A stretch of 64,000 bases of DNA, taken from Octopus sinensis (lineage: Eukaryota). The notes under the pieces are model-generated. The model did not search any database. It was not told where the DNA came from and saw nothing but the letters and a program-made list of their open reading frames with translations. Every line of letters starts with the position of its first letter. Within the stretch, counting starts at the first letter, position 1. Location: assembly GCF_006345805.1 (NCBI RefSeq), contig NC_043016.1, positions 3,906,001-3,970,000 on the forward strand, read 5' to 3'. Both the position numbers and the translations under genes were made by a program. Of the stretch, positions 25,945 through 38,938 are shown piece by piece.

Positions 25945-27520
25945 CAGGTGTGGCTGTGTGGTAAGAAGCTTGTTTCCCAACCAAATGGTTCTGGGTTCAG
26001 TCCCACTGCGTGGCACTCTGGACAAGTGTCTTCTACTATAGCCTCGTGCCAACCAAAGCCTTGTGAGTGAATTTGGGTGACCGAAATTGAAAGAAGCCTG
26101 TCGTATGTATATATCTCTTATTATAAAAGGCAGATTTTATCTGCCTCCCTTTGTCAGTTATAGAAATCTACAATATAGGATTTCTTCAATTACAATTTAC
26201 CTAGCATTTTTAAGAGTAGAATGCATCGGTTTTGCCAGGTCCAGTTTTTAAAATTTAAACTCCAATTAAGCAAAATTTACAGAAAACTCACATTCTGGTG
26301 TGTATGTCAAATGCTTTTCTTAGTCTGGTTTACAGCACACGCAAACGCACACACACAGTGTGCAACGAATAAAGTGAAACTAGATGTAATATTTGTTCTG
26401 TCTATCACGCTGATAGATACATGAGTAAAATGTATGGCAAGCTAACAGATAAGAGTGAGTGAAAATGTTCTTGGAAGAGAGTAAATAGCGACAGAGTGAT
26501 TTGAGGAAGACTAAACTGAAACTATGAAACAGTGTTTATGTATAAACAGACGACACTTATATAAACCCTTTCGTTACCAAACCACCCGAATTTACCTATT
26601 CATATTTAAATGAGAATATCAGAGTACATTCGTGAAAACACGTATTATACTTCGTAAACACTTCAAATACAGTTTTGTACAAAAATCGAAGTGTAATTTT
26701 AATTCCGTGAATTATGGGAGATTTTTTTCCGAAATTTGTTCCTATTGTGTTTTCAAAATTTGTAATTCTGACAAAAAATGGATACGAATTTCATTATATC
26801 AAGCAGCGAGTCAGAATTCGAAGGATTTTCTACTGAAGACCTTCATAATCTAACTATGACTGAAAAAAAAAAGCATCTTTATATAAGAGTGAAGTTGTGT
26901 GTGTCTGTCCCCTACGATTTAGATTCCTAACTACTCCCACATTTTGCGGTGCAGTTTTAACCAAAAGCGGGTATCTTATAGTCGTGATTCATATCGAGCC
27001 CTTCTGGGTATTAGCGCGCGTCTACGATGAGTCTACGATTTAAAAAAAATTTACCATCATATTTTTCCATTTTAATGCATTTTTTTTTGCTTTTATATAA
27101 GGGAAGTATCTCTAAAATATCTACGATGTGTCAACGATTTAAAAAAAATTTACCTTAATTTTTTTTCAATTTTTAATGCATTTTTTGCTATTTTTTGGCT
27201 ATAACTCTCTAAAAATGCTTATATAGTTATTTCCCTTACAACCCGAGCAACGCCGGGCGATACTGCTAGTATATATATATTTATATGTGTGTGTGTGTGT
27301 TTGTTTGTTTGTATGTATATCTTTGTGTCTGTGTTTGTCCCCTTCCACCGTTTGACAACCGGTGTTGTTGTATTTTCGTCCCGTAACCTAGCGGTTCGGC
27401 AAAATGGACCGATAAAATAAGTACCAGATTTTAAAAATTAGTACTGGGGTCGATTCATTAGAGATTCCTCAAAGTGGTACCTCAGCATGGCTGCAGTCTA
27501 ATAACTGAAACAAGTAAAAG
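25945..27520 (+). mobile_element. CORE-like SINE split by a Helitron insertion
   Basis: Head 25945-26113 and tail 27270-27520 are collinear with the intact copy at 11559-11997. Confidence 0.85.
26114..27269 (+). mobile_element. Non-autonomous Helitron (composite, second 5' end at 26876)
   Basis: A|TCtcttattataaaa 5' end; subterminal GC hairpin cccgagcaacgccggg; CTAG|T 3' end; no TSD. Confidence 0.85.
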
Positions 27521-27553
27521 ACGAAAGGAAAATCTCGACAAAACTATTTTGTA

Positions 27554-27943
27554 CTAGCAGTATCGCCCAGCGTTGCTCGGGTTTGTTTCGACCCTTTAGA
27601 ATTGAAATTTTTGAAAAGTAAAACTTTCGTATTATGTAGCTTGTTATTCTCTTTAAGTGAACATTTTTCTGGTTGAAATGCACCGAAAAATGGTGACGCA
27701 GCAGTCAAAAAATCGTTAAAAATTAGGGATTTTCATAGAAAAAAAAGCACCTTTTTGATGTAATAATTTTTGGTGTTAACATGGTCCGATTTGAATTTTT
27801 TCATCTACGGAGGGAAGAGCAAGCCTTCTTTCATACTCTCAATTTTGGTCAACTTGAGCCGCAGGGTCTCGGAGGAGATAGTGTTAGTTGAAAGCTACCA
27901 AACCTGCCATACACAGACAACTTCAGCTTTACATATTGAGAGA
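27554..27943 (-). mobile_element. Non-autonomous Helitron
   Basis: Minus: A|TCtctcaatatgtaaagctgaagttgtc ... cccgagcaacgctgggcgatactgCTAG|T. Confidence 0.85.
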
Positions 27944-28298
27944 TTTGGAAGTACATCAAATTTTTTTCAGTTTCAGTAAAACAGTTTCAGTCTCATTTAC
28001 ACAGAATTTGGATCCTTCTATACAATGTAGCTTTCTAGTATCCTTTATTCGTTTCCTTTATGCAGACTCTACTAAAATGAATTCACAAACATACATATAG
28101 CATACAAAGGTACATCTTTTCCCCTCTGATGATATTATGCTCATGTCGCATAAATGTAAATTTAATGTTTATTGAGTATTATAGGAACAGATGTAAGTAA
28201 AGATGACCAATTAGCTGTTGATAATAAACAATTATTTACTTCCCAATCTCCATTTCCTTCTTCTTTTAAATTATATAGCTACACACACACACACATAT

Positions 28299-28340
<42 letters not shown>

Positions 28341-28343
<3 letters not shown>

Positions 28344-28587
28344 CAAGGCACTTTATTTCACGTTGCTCCAGTTCACTCAGCTGTAGAAATGAGTTGCGAC
28401 GTCACTGGTGCCAAGCTGTATCGACCTTTGTCTTTCCCTTGGATAACACTGGTGGTGTGGAGAGGGGAGGCTGGTATGCATGGGCGACTGCTGGTCTTCC
28501 ATAAACAACCTTGCCCGGACTTGTGTCTAGGAGGGTAACTTTCTAGGTGCAATCCCATGGTCATTCATGACCGAAGGGGGTCTTTAA
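28341..28587 (+). mobile_element. 5'-truncated tRNA SINE (same family as 10259-10588)
   Basis: Near-identical body sequence. Confidence 0.85.
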
Positions 28588-28684
28588 CCTTTATATATAT
28601 ATTGATGAATAAAATAAAACATATGCATATATATAAACATATATGTACGTACCTACCTCTACATGTACATATACACGCATATAT

Positions 28685-28930
28685 GGACGTGACGTATCTT
28701 CGACAAGAAAACTTTCCTTCCTGCGAAAAGCAAATCAATTAAAATTCTGAGATCTTTTCGCAGAGGGGTAAAAAATAGTAACAACAGGACAGTAACGACA
28801 AGGCAAATTGTAAACAGTATAAGACAGGACAAGGAAAACAAGATAAGAAGGGCTGTTGACGCGGAACGAAAACAAGTATTGCAAACGCAGAATTTTTATG
28901 GACGACGAGCGGAGGAAAAGAGTTGTCCGT
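28685..28930 (-). mobile_element. Truncated copy 3 of the permuted-hammerhead repeat
   Basis: Shares ccttcctgcgaaa...taaaatt...gcagaggggtaaaaa with 59057-59105; retains only the strand TACG-TC-ACGTCC. Confidence 0.6.
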
Positions 28931-29099
28931 TTAATATTATATATATATATATATAGCTCCATATATATATATTATATATATATATATATATATATGGAGC
29001 TATATATATGTTATATATATATATATATATATATATATAAGAAAATAGTAAAGAGTGAAAAAACGACAGAAGGCTTAAATGTTAAAGAATATATATTTG

Positions 29100-30975
29100 C
29101 GTCAATATGTCTGGAGAATATTGGAAAAATTTTTTCCCTTCTTATAATGACATAATTTTATAATTTTAAAGAAAGACCGGTTTCGCATTTAGCTCTTCAA
29201 ATTTCTTGCGACGTAATGTTTATCTTTAATAGCGTTATCCTTGTTTTTTTGCTACGGAGAGTTCTAAATAAGGGAAGGTAGTGCGTGATTTCTTCCGGTG
29301 TAAGGGAGATAATCGCTTAAAAAATTTTTTTTTCCTTTTTCTCTTAGTGTGAATTTCTCTGTATTATTATGTTTGGATAGTTGAGTCTGGGTTTGTACTT
29401 TTCAATGAAGAATGTTTCCTTGTTTAGTCTAATTTGTGTTGATGATCCGAAAGCACATTGGTAAAATGGAAAGATTAAAAATTGTGGTTGTAGTTGCTTT
29501 GCGCGTTTCTCAATGTGCTCACTAAAAGGTATCATTCTATATTCTGGGAATGCAATCTGTTGTCGATGTAGTGTGCATCTACGTCTGAGTGATAGTCCCG
29601 TGGACCCCACGTAGTCTTGGTGGCAGCCCGAGCATTTTATGACATAAATTATGTTTTCAGAGGCACAAGTAAAGTTAGATTTGATCTTGAATTTCTGTCC
29701 CTCTTTAAAGAAGAATTCTGATCCTTCTAGTAGGTTAGGACATGTTGCACAGTTCGATCTACCACATTTTTTTACTTTTGCATCCGTAATTTCAGAAGAT
29801 AATTTTGCCTTTGTGAGAATCTTTTTAAGTGATTTAGGCTGTTTGTAGCTTTTAATGATTTGGTGTATGTTTAGAATTTCCTTTAATTTGGGGTTTTTAT
29901 GAAGTATTGGTAAATTCTGGGTGATGATGGTGAAAGCTTCTTTGTTTCTGGGGTTGTATGTAGATATGTAAGGTAGTATTTTCGGGGAAGGTGTGTTGTT
30001 GTGTTGAACTTTTCTTAAAGTTTCTATGTTGATTTCTGTTGCACGTCTGATCCCATCCTCTATGAGTGAGCTGGGTAATGTCTGTCAATTAAGGTGTTTT
30101 TGAGTTCTTGCAGTCTGAAGTTCCTGGTATTTTGTTCTGACACTATTGTGCATATTCTTCTTGCAAGGTTGAAGGGGATGTTGTTTTAGTGTGTCTTGGG
30201 TGGCATGAATTAAAGAGAAGGTATTGTTTGGCGTCTGTGGCTTTGTAGAAAAATGTCTGTTTCTATTTTAAGGTTAATTTTTTAATTAATATATCCAAGA
30301 ACGGGAGTTCCTTTTGGTTGTATTCCATTGTGAACTGTATATTTGGGTTTATGCTGTTCAATAGGTTTTTAAATTTTAAGAGTTTATCTGTGTTTTCATT
30401 CCAGAGAATAAAACAATCGTCCAAGAATCGGTTCCAGTTCTCTTTTATGTATTGAGAGAGGGGTTTTCCAAAGATTGATAAAGATTCCTGGTAAATGATT
30501 ATTTCCATGTATCCCATTGTTAAGTTCGCAATGACTGGTGCTGCCCTTGTACCCATAGCAATTCCGGATTTTTGACGGTAAAATGTATTGTCAAACATGA
30601 AGTGGTTATTGTGTAGGATGAATTCAATTGATTTAGTAATGAATTCTTTACTGATCCTTTTTGGTATTTCTTCCGGAAATTGGTCTAACCAGAACTGTAT
30701 TGCCTCCAGTCCATAATTATGAGGTATACTGGTATACAAGTTGACTACATCAAATGAAACCAGGATTGTTTCTTCCTTCCTTGGCTTTTTTGGAAGGTGG
30801 TTTAACATATCTAAGTCATCTCTGATATGGCTATCGATATGTTTAAGGAAGGGTTTCAGGAGGATGTCCATAAGTAGACTTAGTCTGTGTGTTTCACAGG
30901 ATGGGCCAGCTACAATGGGTCGTAGTTTTAGGTCCCCCGGGTTGGGTGTGTGTATATGTCTTTGGTGATTTTTTA
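29100..30975 (-). mobile_element. Penelope-like element, 5'-truncated (RT + GIY-YIG endonuclease, frameshifted)
   Basis: SFDVVNLYTSI, QKSGIAMGTRAAP, RFLDD, LPFLD in ORF 30263..30871; NIIYVIKCSGCHQDYVGST...LHRQQI GIY-YIG region ending at 29344; decayed hammerhead downstream. Confidence 0.93.
29172..29203 (-). ncRNA. Degenerate minimal hammerhead in the Penelope 3' pLTR
   Basis: Minus: TTGAAGA gc taaat gc GAAA CCGG TC ttt; C3 mutated and stem I weak. Confidence 0.45.
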
Positions 30976-31949
30976 ATGGTTCATTTATAATTTGACTTTT
31001 ATGAATTTTTGGCAGACCATAGAAAAGGCTATATACAGTTCACAAATATATAGGTGTATTTGTGTTGTATTTATATTATGTATGTATGTGTGCGTGTGTT
31101 GTGTGTGTGTGTGTGTGTTGTGTGTGTATGTTATATGTGTGTATATTATATATAAATATATGTTATATTTGTGTGTTGTGTGTGTATATTATATGTGTGT
31201 GCGTTGTGTGTGTGTGTGTTCTGTATGTGTGTGTTGTGTGTGTGTATGTTGTGTGTTTGTATATTATGTGTGTGTGTGTGTGTTGTGTGTGTGTGTGTTG
31301 TGTGTGGGTATGTGTGTAGTGTGTGTCTGTACGATGTGTGTGTGTGTGTATGTATGTATATGTAGTGTGTGTATGGCCCGCATACACGCGTAGACGCGCA
31401 CGCGCACGCGCGCACGGGCGGGCACGCATATATACACACACCATCCTACCCAAAAAAATTCTTTAAACAACACACATCTATTTTCGCCACCCTGGAACCA
31501 TTCAAAAACAGCCCACACACACACGCAGACGCTTGTATACGTGTGTGTGCACGCACACAGGGGCACGCACACTCACACCAGTCTCACCTCCATGCAGGCA
31601 CATATATACACACGCAGCACCATGTCAAATGCCATCCACACTCATGCATGCGTACACACGCACGCACACACGCACACACGCACGCGCACACACACGCACA
31701 CACGCACGCGCACACACACGCACACACAACACCATGACAACCACACACACTTGACAAACAGACGCCATCTGACCAAATACTACGGACACACAGACACATC
31801 TATTCACACACAATCAGAGAGACACACATATTCACCTCATCCTAACCCCAAAATCATTGATGCTTGAAGGAAAGCCAAAAACAGAAAAAAACGGGTACAT
31901 CTTTCTCAATTCTACATTTCTGCTAAAACCGGACAGGTCAGTAACAAGC

Positions 31950-32370
31950 TCGCCTTGAATTCATAATATTCTGTACTGACCCTGAGATGTATAATATTTT
32001 ATTTTAGTCTTTTCTGCCCATTTTTTCAAATTATTTTCATCATGCTGTTGTATTTTCTTATGTCCTTAACATGTCCTTGTTACCAAAGACTGTATATATA
32101 CATGTATGTGGTAATTTGCAACAACCAATAATTAACGCAACCAAACTTCCATAATTTATTTGTTTTATTCTTTTCTGCCCATTTTTTCAAATATTCTCAT
32201 CACACTGTTGTACTTCTTTATGTCCCTAACATGTCCCTGTTACCAAGGACTGTATATATATACTGTAATGTGGCAATTATGTAAAAAAACTTTTTTTGAA
32301 TTCATAATATTCTATGTTACTTTTGACAATCTTTTTCCAAAGAGTGAAACCGGTTAGTAAATAAACATCT
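31950..32370 (+). repeat. Duplicated ~150-bp units ending in a decayed hammerhead (pLTR-like)
   Basis: ttttctgcccattttttcaaat...tgtcc.taacatgtcc.tgttaccaa occurs twice; ttact...GAAA CCGG TT agtaa at 32317-32360 lacks an intact CUGA. Confidence 0.55.
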
Positions 32371-32466
32371 TTTAAATTGCATTTTCAAACCTTCTTTCAT
32401 ATATATATATATATAATATACATATACATATGTATATGCATTATATATATAATTATATATATATAT

Positions 32467-32524
<58 letters not shown>

Positions 32525-32559
32525 ATATATATATATAAAATATACATATACATATGTAT

Positions 32560-32649
<90 letters not shown>

Positions 32650-32654
32650 CTTTA

Positions 32655-33430
32655 ATTAGGGTTCAGCAAAGCTTTACCACATACCGAAGTTTAGAATTGC
32701 AGCCAAAGCCTTAGCTATTTTTTTCTTTAAAAAGGGACTCCCAGAGAACCAAAATACTTGAAGACCATCCGCACCGGCATAAAGAAAGTAACGAAATCAA
32801 TCAATATCTGGTCATCCATGGACGCAGTAAAGCAAATTTTTGCTGAACCCTAATTATTAAGTATTACTTAAGTTTACCGTGAAATGGTCCTTTTTTCATG
32901 CCGAATTTTCTCCCTGATAACAAACTACAGGTTTTTTCTGTAGTATTTTACTTGAAGACGCACGCGGATAGGCAGGGGAGGGTAAATGAACCTCATTCAT
33001 ATTTTGAATTCGGCGGTACTAACACTGAATATGATCTGTCTGATACCGTTAGGTGGAGAGTTAAGTGTAATTATTCCAGTACCCTCGAATTTAATATTTC
33101 AATATTTAATTATTGAGGAATGCCATGCTGATGAGGAAAATGGTTGGTAAAGTATAATTCTATATTCTTTATACGGATCTAATTCCGAAACGCGCGTCCA
33201 TGGATGACCAGATATTGTTTGATTTTCGTTACTTTCCTTTCTGCCTGTGTGGATTGTCTTCAAGTATTTTGGTTTCTCTGGAAGTCCCATTTTAAAGTAG
33301 AAGAAATAGCTAAGGTTTTGGCTGCTATTTCTAAACTTCGGTGTGTAGTAAAGCAAATCTTTGCTGAACCCTAATTATTAAGTATTACTTAAGTTTACCG
33401 TGAAATGGTCCTTTTTTCATGCCGAATTCT
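32655..33430 (+). mobile_element. Penelope-type pseudo-LTR with inverted and direct partial duplications
   Basis: 32657-32825 is the reverse complement of ~33194-33373; 32826-32908 directly repeats 33347-33428; contains a hammerhead. Confidence 0.8.
33123..33203 (+). ncRNA. Type I hammerhead ribozyme with intact core
   Basis: CCATG CTGATGA GGAA [~44 nt] TTCC GAAA CGCGCG TC CATGG: 5-bp stem I, 4-bp stem II base, palindromic stem III, GUC site at 33196-33198. Confidence 0.85.
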
Positions 33431-33556
33431 ACTTGGTGAAATTATGATTACTTCTTAATTAATTAATTTTACCCTTTGTTATTATATAAAATATACACAT
33501 ATATATATGCACATATATATATATAATATACATATATATAGATAGATATTTATATT

Positions 33557-33590
<34 letters not shown>

Positions 33591-33593
33591 GTG

Positions 33594-33630
<37 letters not shown>

Positions 33631-33640
33631 CAGCACGGAC

Positions 33641-33690
33641 TTTGTCAGTGAACAGGTCGCGGATTTTAGCGACGAAAATATTTTGACAAA
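33641..33690 (+). ncRNA. Hammerhead-shaped motif with mutated core
   Basis: TTTGTCA gtgaaca g GTCGC ggatttta GCGAC GAAA ATAT TT TGACAAA; stems perfect, but CUGAAGA is replaced by GUGAACA. Confidence 0.55.
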
Positions 33691-33779
33691 TAAACATAAA
33701 TGTTGAAGTGATACGAACGTGCTTTTTGGTGTGTTTCTTAAATGGCTTATAAACACCTTCCACGCTGCAATGTATATAT

Positions 33780-33825
<46 letters not shown>

Positions 33826-34234
33826 CTATATATATATATATATATATAGATATACAATTATACATATTATATATATAGTATATATGTCTATATATATATT
33901 CGATAAATAGTGGGTGAATGTAGCAAGGATGGTACGCATGAATGACGGACCCACTATGAGTAGGAAACCCTATAAAATTAAAAAGACAAAGGGCGCTTTG
34001 CTTCCATGTCTTTTTCCGGGATTACAGTGGATTTTTTCGTAGATGTTTCTTTCCACGGATAACCCAAGTCAGTGTTTTACTTTCTCCCTCTTTCGAGAAT
34101 TGTTAAAATGACATTTGTTATCCTTTGTGTACACGCCCCAAGACGTTTTCAGTCCCTATTGATCGGTTTTGAAAAGAAAAATTCTACATTGTATTGTCCC
34201 GTCCGTGTTCAGCCTTTCGTGGCTTAATAAAGAA

Positions 34235-34236
<2 letters not shown>

Positions 34237-34267
<31 letters not shown>

Positions 34268-34680
34268 TGTATGTATGTATGTATGTATGTATGTATGTAT
34301 GTATGTATGCATGTATGTATGTATGTATGTATGTATGTATGTATGTATGTATGTGTGTATGTGTGTATGTATGTATGGATGGATGGATGGATGGATGGAT
34401 GGATAGATGGATGTATGTATGTATGTATATATGTACGTATGTATGTATGTATGTATGTATGTATGTATGTATGTATGTATGTATGTGTGTATGTACGTAT
34501 GTATGTATGTATGTATGTATGTATGTATGTATGTATGTATGTATGGGATGGATGGATGATGGATGGATGGATAGATGGATGTATGTATGTATGTATATAT
34601 GTACGTATGTATGTATGTATGTATGTATGTTTGTTTGTTTGTATGTATGTATGTGAATGTATGTATGTATGCATGTATAT
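34237..34680. repeat. (TATG)n/(TGGA)n microsatellite
   Basis: Directly visible. Confidence 0.97.
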
Positions 34681-34811
34681 ATATATAATATAATATGACG
34701 TCTGCTTATAACGGAATATTTTAAAGAAACACTCATTATCGTTATGGGCTCCGTGTGGGCACTCATCTAAAAGTTTTTGTGCCTCTTGATGCTGACATAA
34801 GTTCCTTGTTT

Positions 34812-34890
34812 TTCCTGATGAGAAGGCGGCATAATGCACCCCTTATTCCTTCGAAATTAGGAATATGCAGCCTTCGAAACATATGTCAAT
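34812..34890 (+). ncRNA. Type I hammerhead motif with extended stem II, weak stem I
   Basis: CTGATGA GAAGGC gGCATA...TATGCa GCCTTC GAAA CATATG TC. Confidence 0.65.
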
Positions 34891-35108
34891 AAAGCAATTT
34901 TTTAATTCGCCCGTTCAAACTCCATTCTTTCATTTATTTGTTATATATATAGTATAATATATATATTTGTGTGTAACACACAAATATACAAACCTACAAA
35001 CATACATATGTACGACCATACATACCTACATACATACGCACATACAAACATACAACATACATACATGCATACATACATACATAACATACATTACATACTA
35101 CATACATA

Positions 35109-35153
<45 letters not shown>

Positions 35154-35191
35154 TATTATATAATATATATATATATATATGCACACACACA

Positions 35192-35352
35192 ACAAGGTTC
35201 TTTCAGTTTCCATCTACGAAACTCACTCACAAGGCTTTGGTCGGCCCGAGGCTATAGGAGAAGACATTTGCCCAAGGTGCCACGCAGTGGGACTGAACCC
35301 GATACTATGTGGCTGGGAAGCAAGCTTCTTACACAACAGCCATGCCTACGCC
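35192..35352 (-). mobile_element. CORE-like SINE head
   Basis: Reverse complement of the 11559 family head. Confidence 0.8.
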
Positions 35353-35769
35353 TATATATAAATATATTTATATATATATACATCCACACACAAATATACA
35401 TACATACAAACATACATATGTACGACCATACAACATACATACGTACATACATACGTACATACATACATACATACATGCACACATACATCATATATACATA
35501 CATACATACATACATACACACATACATACATACATTCATACATACATACATACACACATACACACATACATACATACATACATACATACATACATTCATA
35601 CATACATACAAGCATACATACATAATACATACATACATACATCTACATACATACATACATACATACATACATACATACATACATACACACACAAAAAAGT
35701 ATAGACATTATTTTTGAAAGATTTATAACCAGAAAGAAAATAATGCCATTCGATGCATTTAAATACTTA

Positions 35770-36090
35770 ATCTAGTGTTTCGTAGACATGCCTTTTTAAA
35801 GTTTTCAATTATTTGAACCGTTTGGACTTCGGGCAAATCAGTTGAAATATTGTCGCCTGTGGAATTTCTGCCAAGGTTACACAACGGCATATTGAACAGC
35901 TATCTTCGTCAGTGAGCCCAGGTCGACCTGAATGGAATATATTTGATTCCGTTGTTTTGCTAATGAATTGTGCAATCACTCTGTTGACTGTGTCAAGAGC
36001 ATTCTTACACTTTGTGCAATCTTACTCTGGATTGACCTGTAATACGCTCTCCTTGGATATCTGAAAAGTCTTTTGCTTCTGGTGTTCGCG
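35770..36090 (-). mobile_element. Possible Tc1/mariner transposase N-terminal (HTH) remnant
   Basis: Manual translation across a frameshift: QSKIAQSVRMLL/TVNRVIAQF...HSGRPGLTD, resembling the HTH + GRP(R) linker. Confidence 0.45.
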
Positions 36091-36330
36091 GCATGGATAG
36101 TTGTTAAAAGTAATTAATAAACTGTAATCGGAAAAGAAAAGTAATAAGACAATAACAAGTTTGAAGCACCAAATAGTCTCCGCACAAAATACACAAAATA
36201 CTGAGGCTTGTCTAGCCACTTTAGAGATGTGTGTGTGCGCGCAATATATATTGTTGTAGTTTAGGGATGGTCACATTTTGACAATTAAATATACGCACTA
36301 TATTTCGTCTTTATTTCAGCTTTATTATTA

Positions 36331-36379
<49 letters not shown>

Positions 36380-36380
<1 letters not shown>

Positions 36381-36934
36381 GGAGTGAGAGAGCAGTGCAT
36401 GCCATCAAAGTGACACTGGGGGTAAATATACGAAGCCCAATATACCCATCATGACTACCGTCTGATAAGGGTACACCAGGCACATGCATCACAACCATAT
36501 GTGCGCGACATGGTGATCTCATATCAAGATAAACAGCACATGACCTTGCAGGTGGGGCCCAGTTTGAATTTTCTTCTGGTCGAGTAACCCATCTCGCTCA
36601 AAAGGTTCCTGAATAAGGGTTGTTTAAGGATGTTGAAAAAACCACCCATGTTTCCAGAGGTGAACTATTCAAACCCCAAAGAATCCCTCTCAACACATGG
36701 CTATGATGCTCCCCCCACTACTTCTGCTCGTGATCAGAGATGCACATATCGTCAGCCACTAAGGGACATGCTCAACTGGTTAAGGTCAAACAACTGACAA
36801 GCAAACCTGTGGTATTGAGAAGAATATTTGCTGTAGCCCATCTTTTATACCAAGACAAAACAATGTACATGATAACACTTCCAATCAGTTAAGATCAGAA
36901 GCCATGAGAGCCACTGCCTGGTACTGCATCAGGG
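36380..36934 (-). mobile_element. ~555-bp non-coding element embedded in (TAA)n
   Basis: Complex GC-richer block flanked on both sides by (TTA)n; no ORF; strand inferred from the longer tract acting as 3' tail. Confidence 0.6.
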
Positions 36935-37327
36935 ATATTATTATTATTATTATTATTATTATCTTATTATTATTATATTATTATTATATTATTATCATTT
37001 ATTTATTATTTTAGGCTCTTTGTTGAAACTCTTTAGTCACACATTTTATGAACATTTTGGAAAATAAACAAAACAAGAGGAGACACGAGGAATAGAGAAT
37101 CGGTGAAGGGGTCACATGATGTGTGACGAAAGAGCTTTGACAAGAAAAAAATATTATAATAAAGCTGAAGTGAAGATCAAACATATAGTGCGTGTGTTTA
37201 ATTGGCAAAATATGACCCTCCCGAAATATAGCGATATCTGTTTCAACACACGATTCCAGAACATCAAAACAAATAAATAAACGTAATATATAATAGATAT
37301 ATGTGTGACTCTGTGTGTGTATGTGTG

Positions 37328-37410
<83 letters not shown>

Positions 37411-38724
37411 ATAATTATATATATTTTAGGCAATGTTTAACCAAACTTTTGAGCTCAACCATATATTTTTTTATTCATTTCCTACTGTTGCGTTCCTGAA
37501 TATTGGTGATCTGCTGTGTGTGATGTGTGCTTTCATTTAAGACACCACTTTTTAAAGAGTTATAGTAATGCACGATTAAAAGTTCCGCGTGTGTACGCGT
37601 GTGCGTTTGTGTGTGTGTATGTGTATATGTATGCCTGTGTGCGCGCTTGTGTGTGTGTGTGTACGCACATACATTCAGATACAAAATCACAGTGATGCTT
37701 CACAACTCAAACATAAGGAGAGTCTAAATGATAACAATATTCATAATAACGAAGGTGATTGATCTGCTGTAAAACACGCGTCTTCTATTGTTCAAAAAGT
37801 GCGATCTTTACTTCTTAGAGAATTTTAACATTTGAATGTAGCTTAGCAATTTTGAGCAAAGTTTTGAATTCATAAATTTTTGCAGTTACTTCTGAAAGAA
37901 ATGTATAGCAGTTGTATCTATTCAATACCCCAAAGGACAACATTTCAAACTGTAACTCCGATGCGCTGTTAAATACATGTTTACATGTTGTCGATTATAT
38001 CTAATATTGGACTTTTCCTTTTCACCTGATTGAACACTCGGAAACGGTTATGATTCAGAAAAACTACAATTTCTAATAAAATATATACATTCTGTTTTAT
38101 AAATTGAGTTTATTTTTGTTTGTTTGTAAACAAAAAAGTTCATCAATTCATGCGCATATATATATGTGTATTTATGCATAATATTTATGTGGGTATGTAT
38201 GCACATTTTGAATCGTCTGAACATCGGATAAAATGCTTGTGGTTCCTAGTCACAGCTCATTGCGTTTTGAATCTGAATGCCAGAAAGGTCATACTAGCCT
38301 TTTATTTTTCCGATGTCAATAGAAGAAAATACCATTCAAGTACTAGGATTGATTTTATATTCCCATAATGTACTAATGAGGCGATTTAAAATAAATTAGT
38401 AATGGAAAACTAAGAGTTTGTCCTGATATTTAAGTCTTAAATAAGCGCTCGCTGAATTGCATTTGTAATATGGTCTTATCATTGAAAGTTTATGTAGGAA
38501 ACGAAATAATTGCGCCTCTTCTGCGCTTGTTTCTACTTCCTCGGTCTATAAGTTTTATGTAATTAATCCCATATGTTAAGTATTGTTAGTTATACGTAAT
38601 TCTTGCTTGTGTTTGCAATGAAGTTTCCATTAGTCTTTACTTATACGCATTTTATAAAAAATTAATGGATTAACTGGATTGGTACGGATCGGGCAAAATA
38701 CCTTGCGATACTTAGTTACAAAAT

Positions 38725-38938
38725 GGCTGCGAGCTGACAGAATCGTTAGCACACCGGGCAAAATACTTAGGAGCATTTCGTCCGCTATTACGTTCTAAGT
38801 TCAAACTCCCCCGAGGTCAACTCTGCCTTCCATCCATTTGGGGTCGAGAAAGTAAGTACCAGTCATGAACTGGGGTCAATGCAATTGACTAGTCTCCTCC
38901 CCCAGAATTTCAGGCTTTCTACCTGTAGTAGAAAGGAT
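38725..38938 (+). mobile_element. SINE (10594 family, single unit)
   Basis: gcgagctgacagaatcgttagc...gttcaaactcc...gccttccatccatttggggtcga. Confidence 0.8.
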
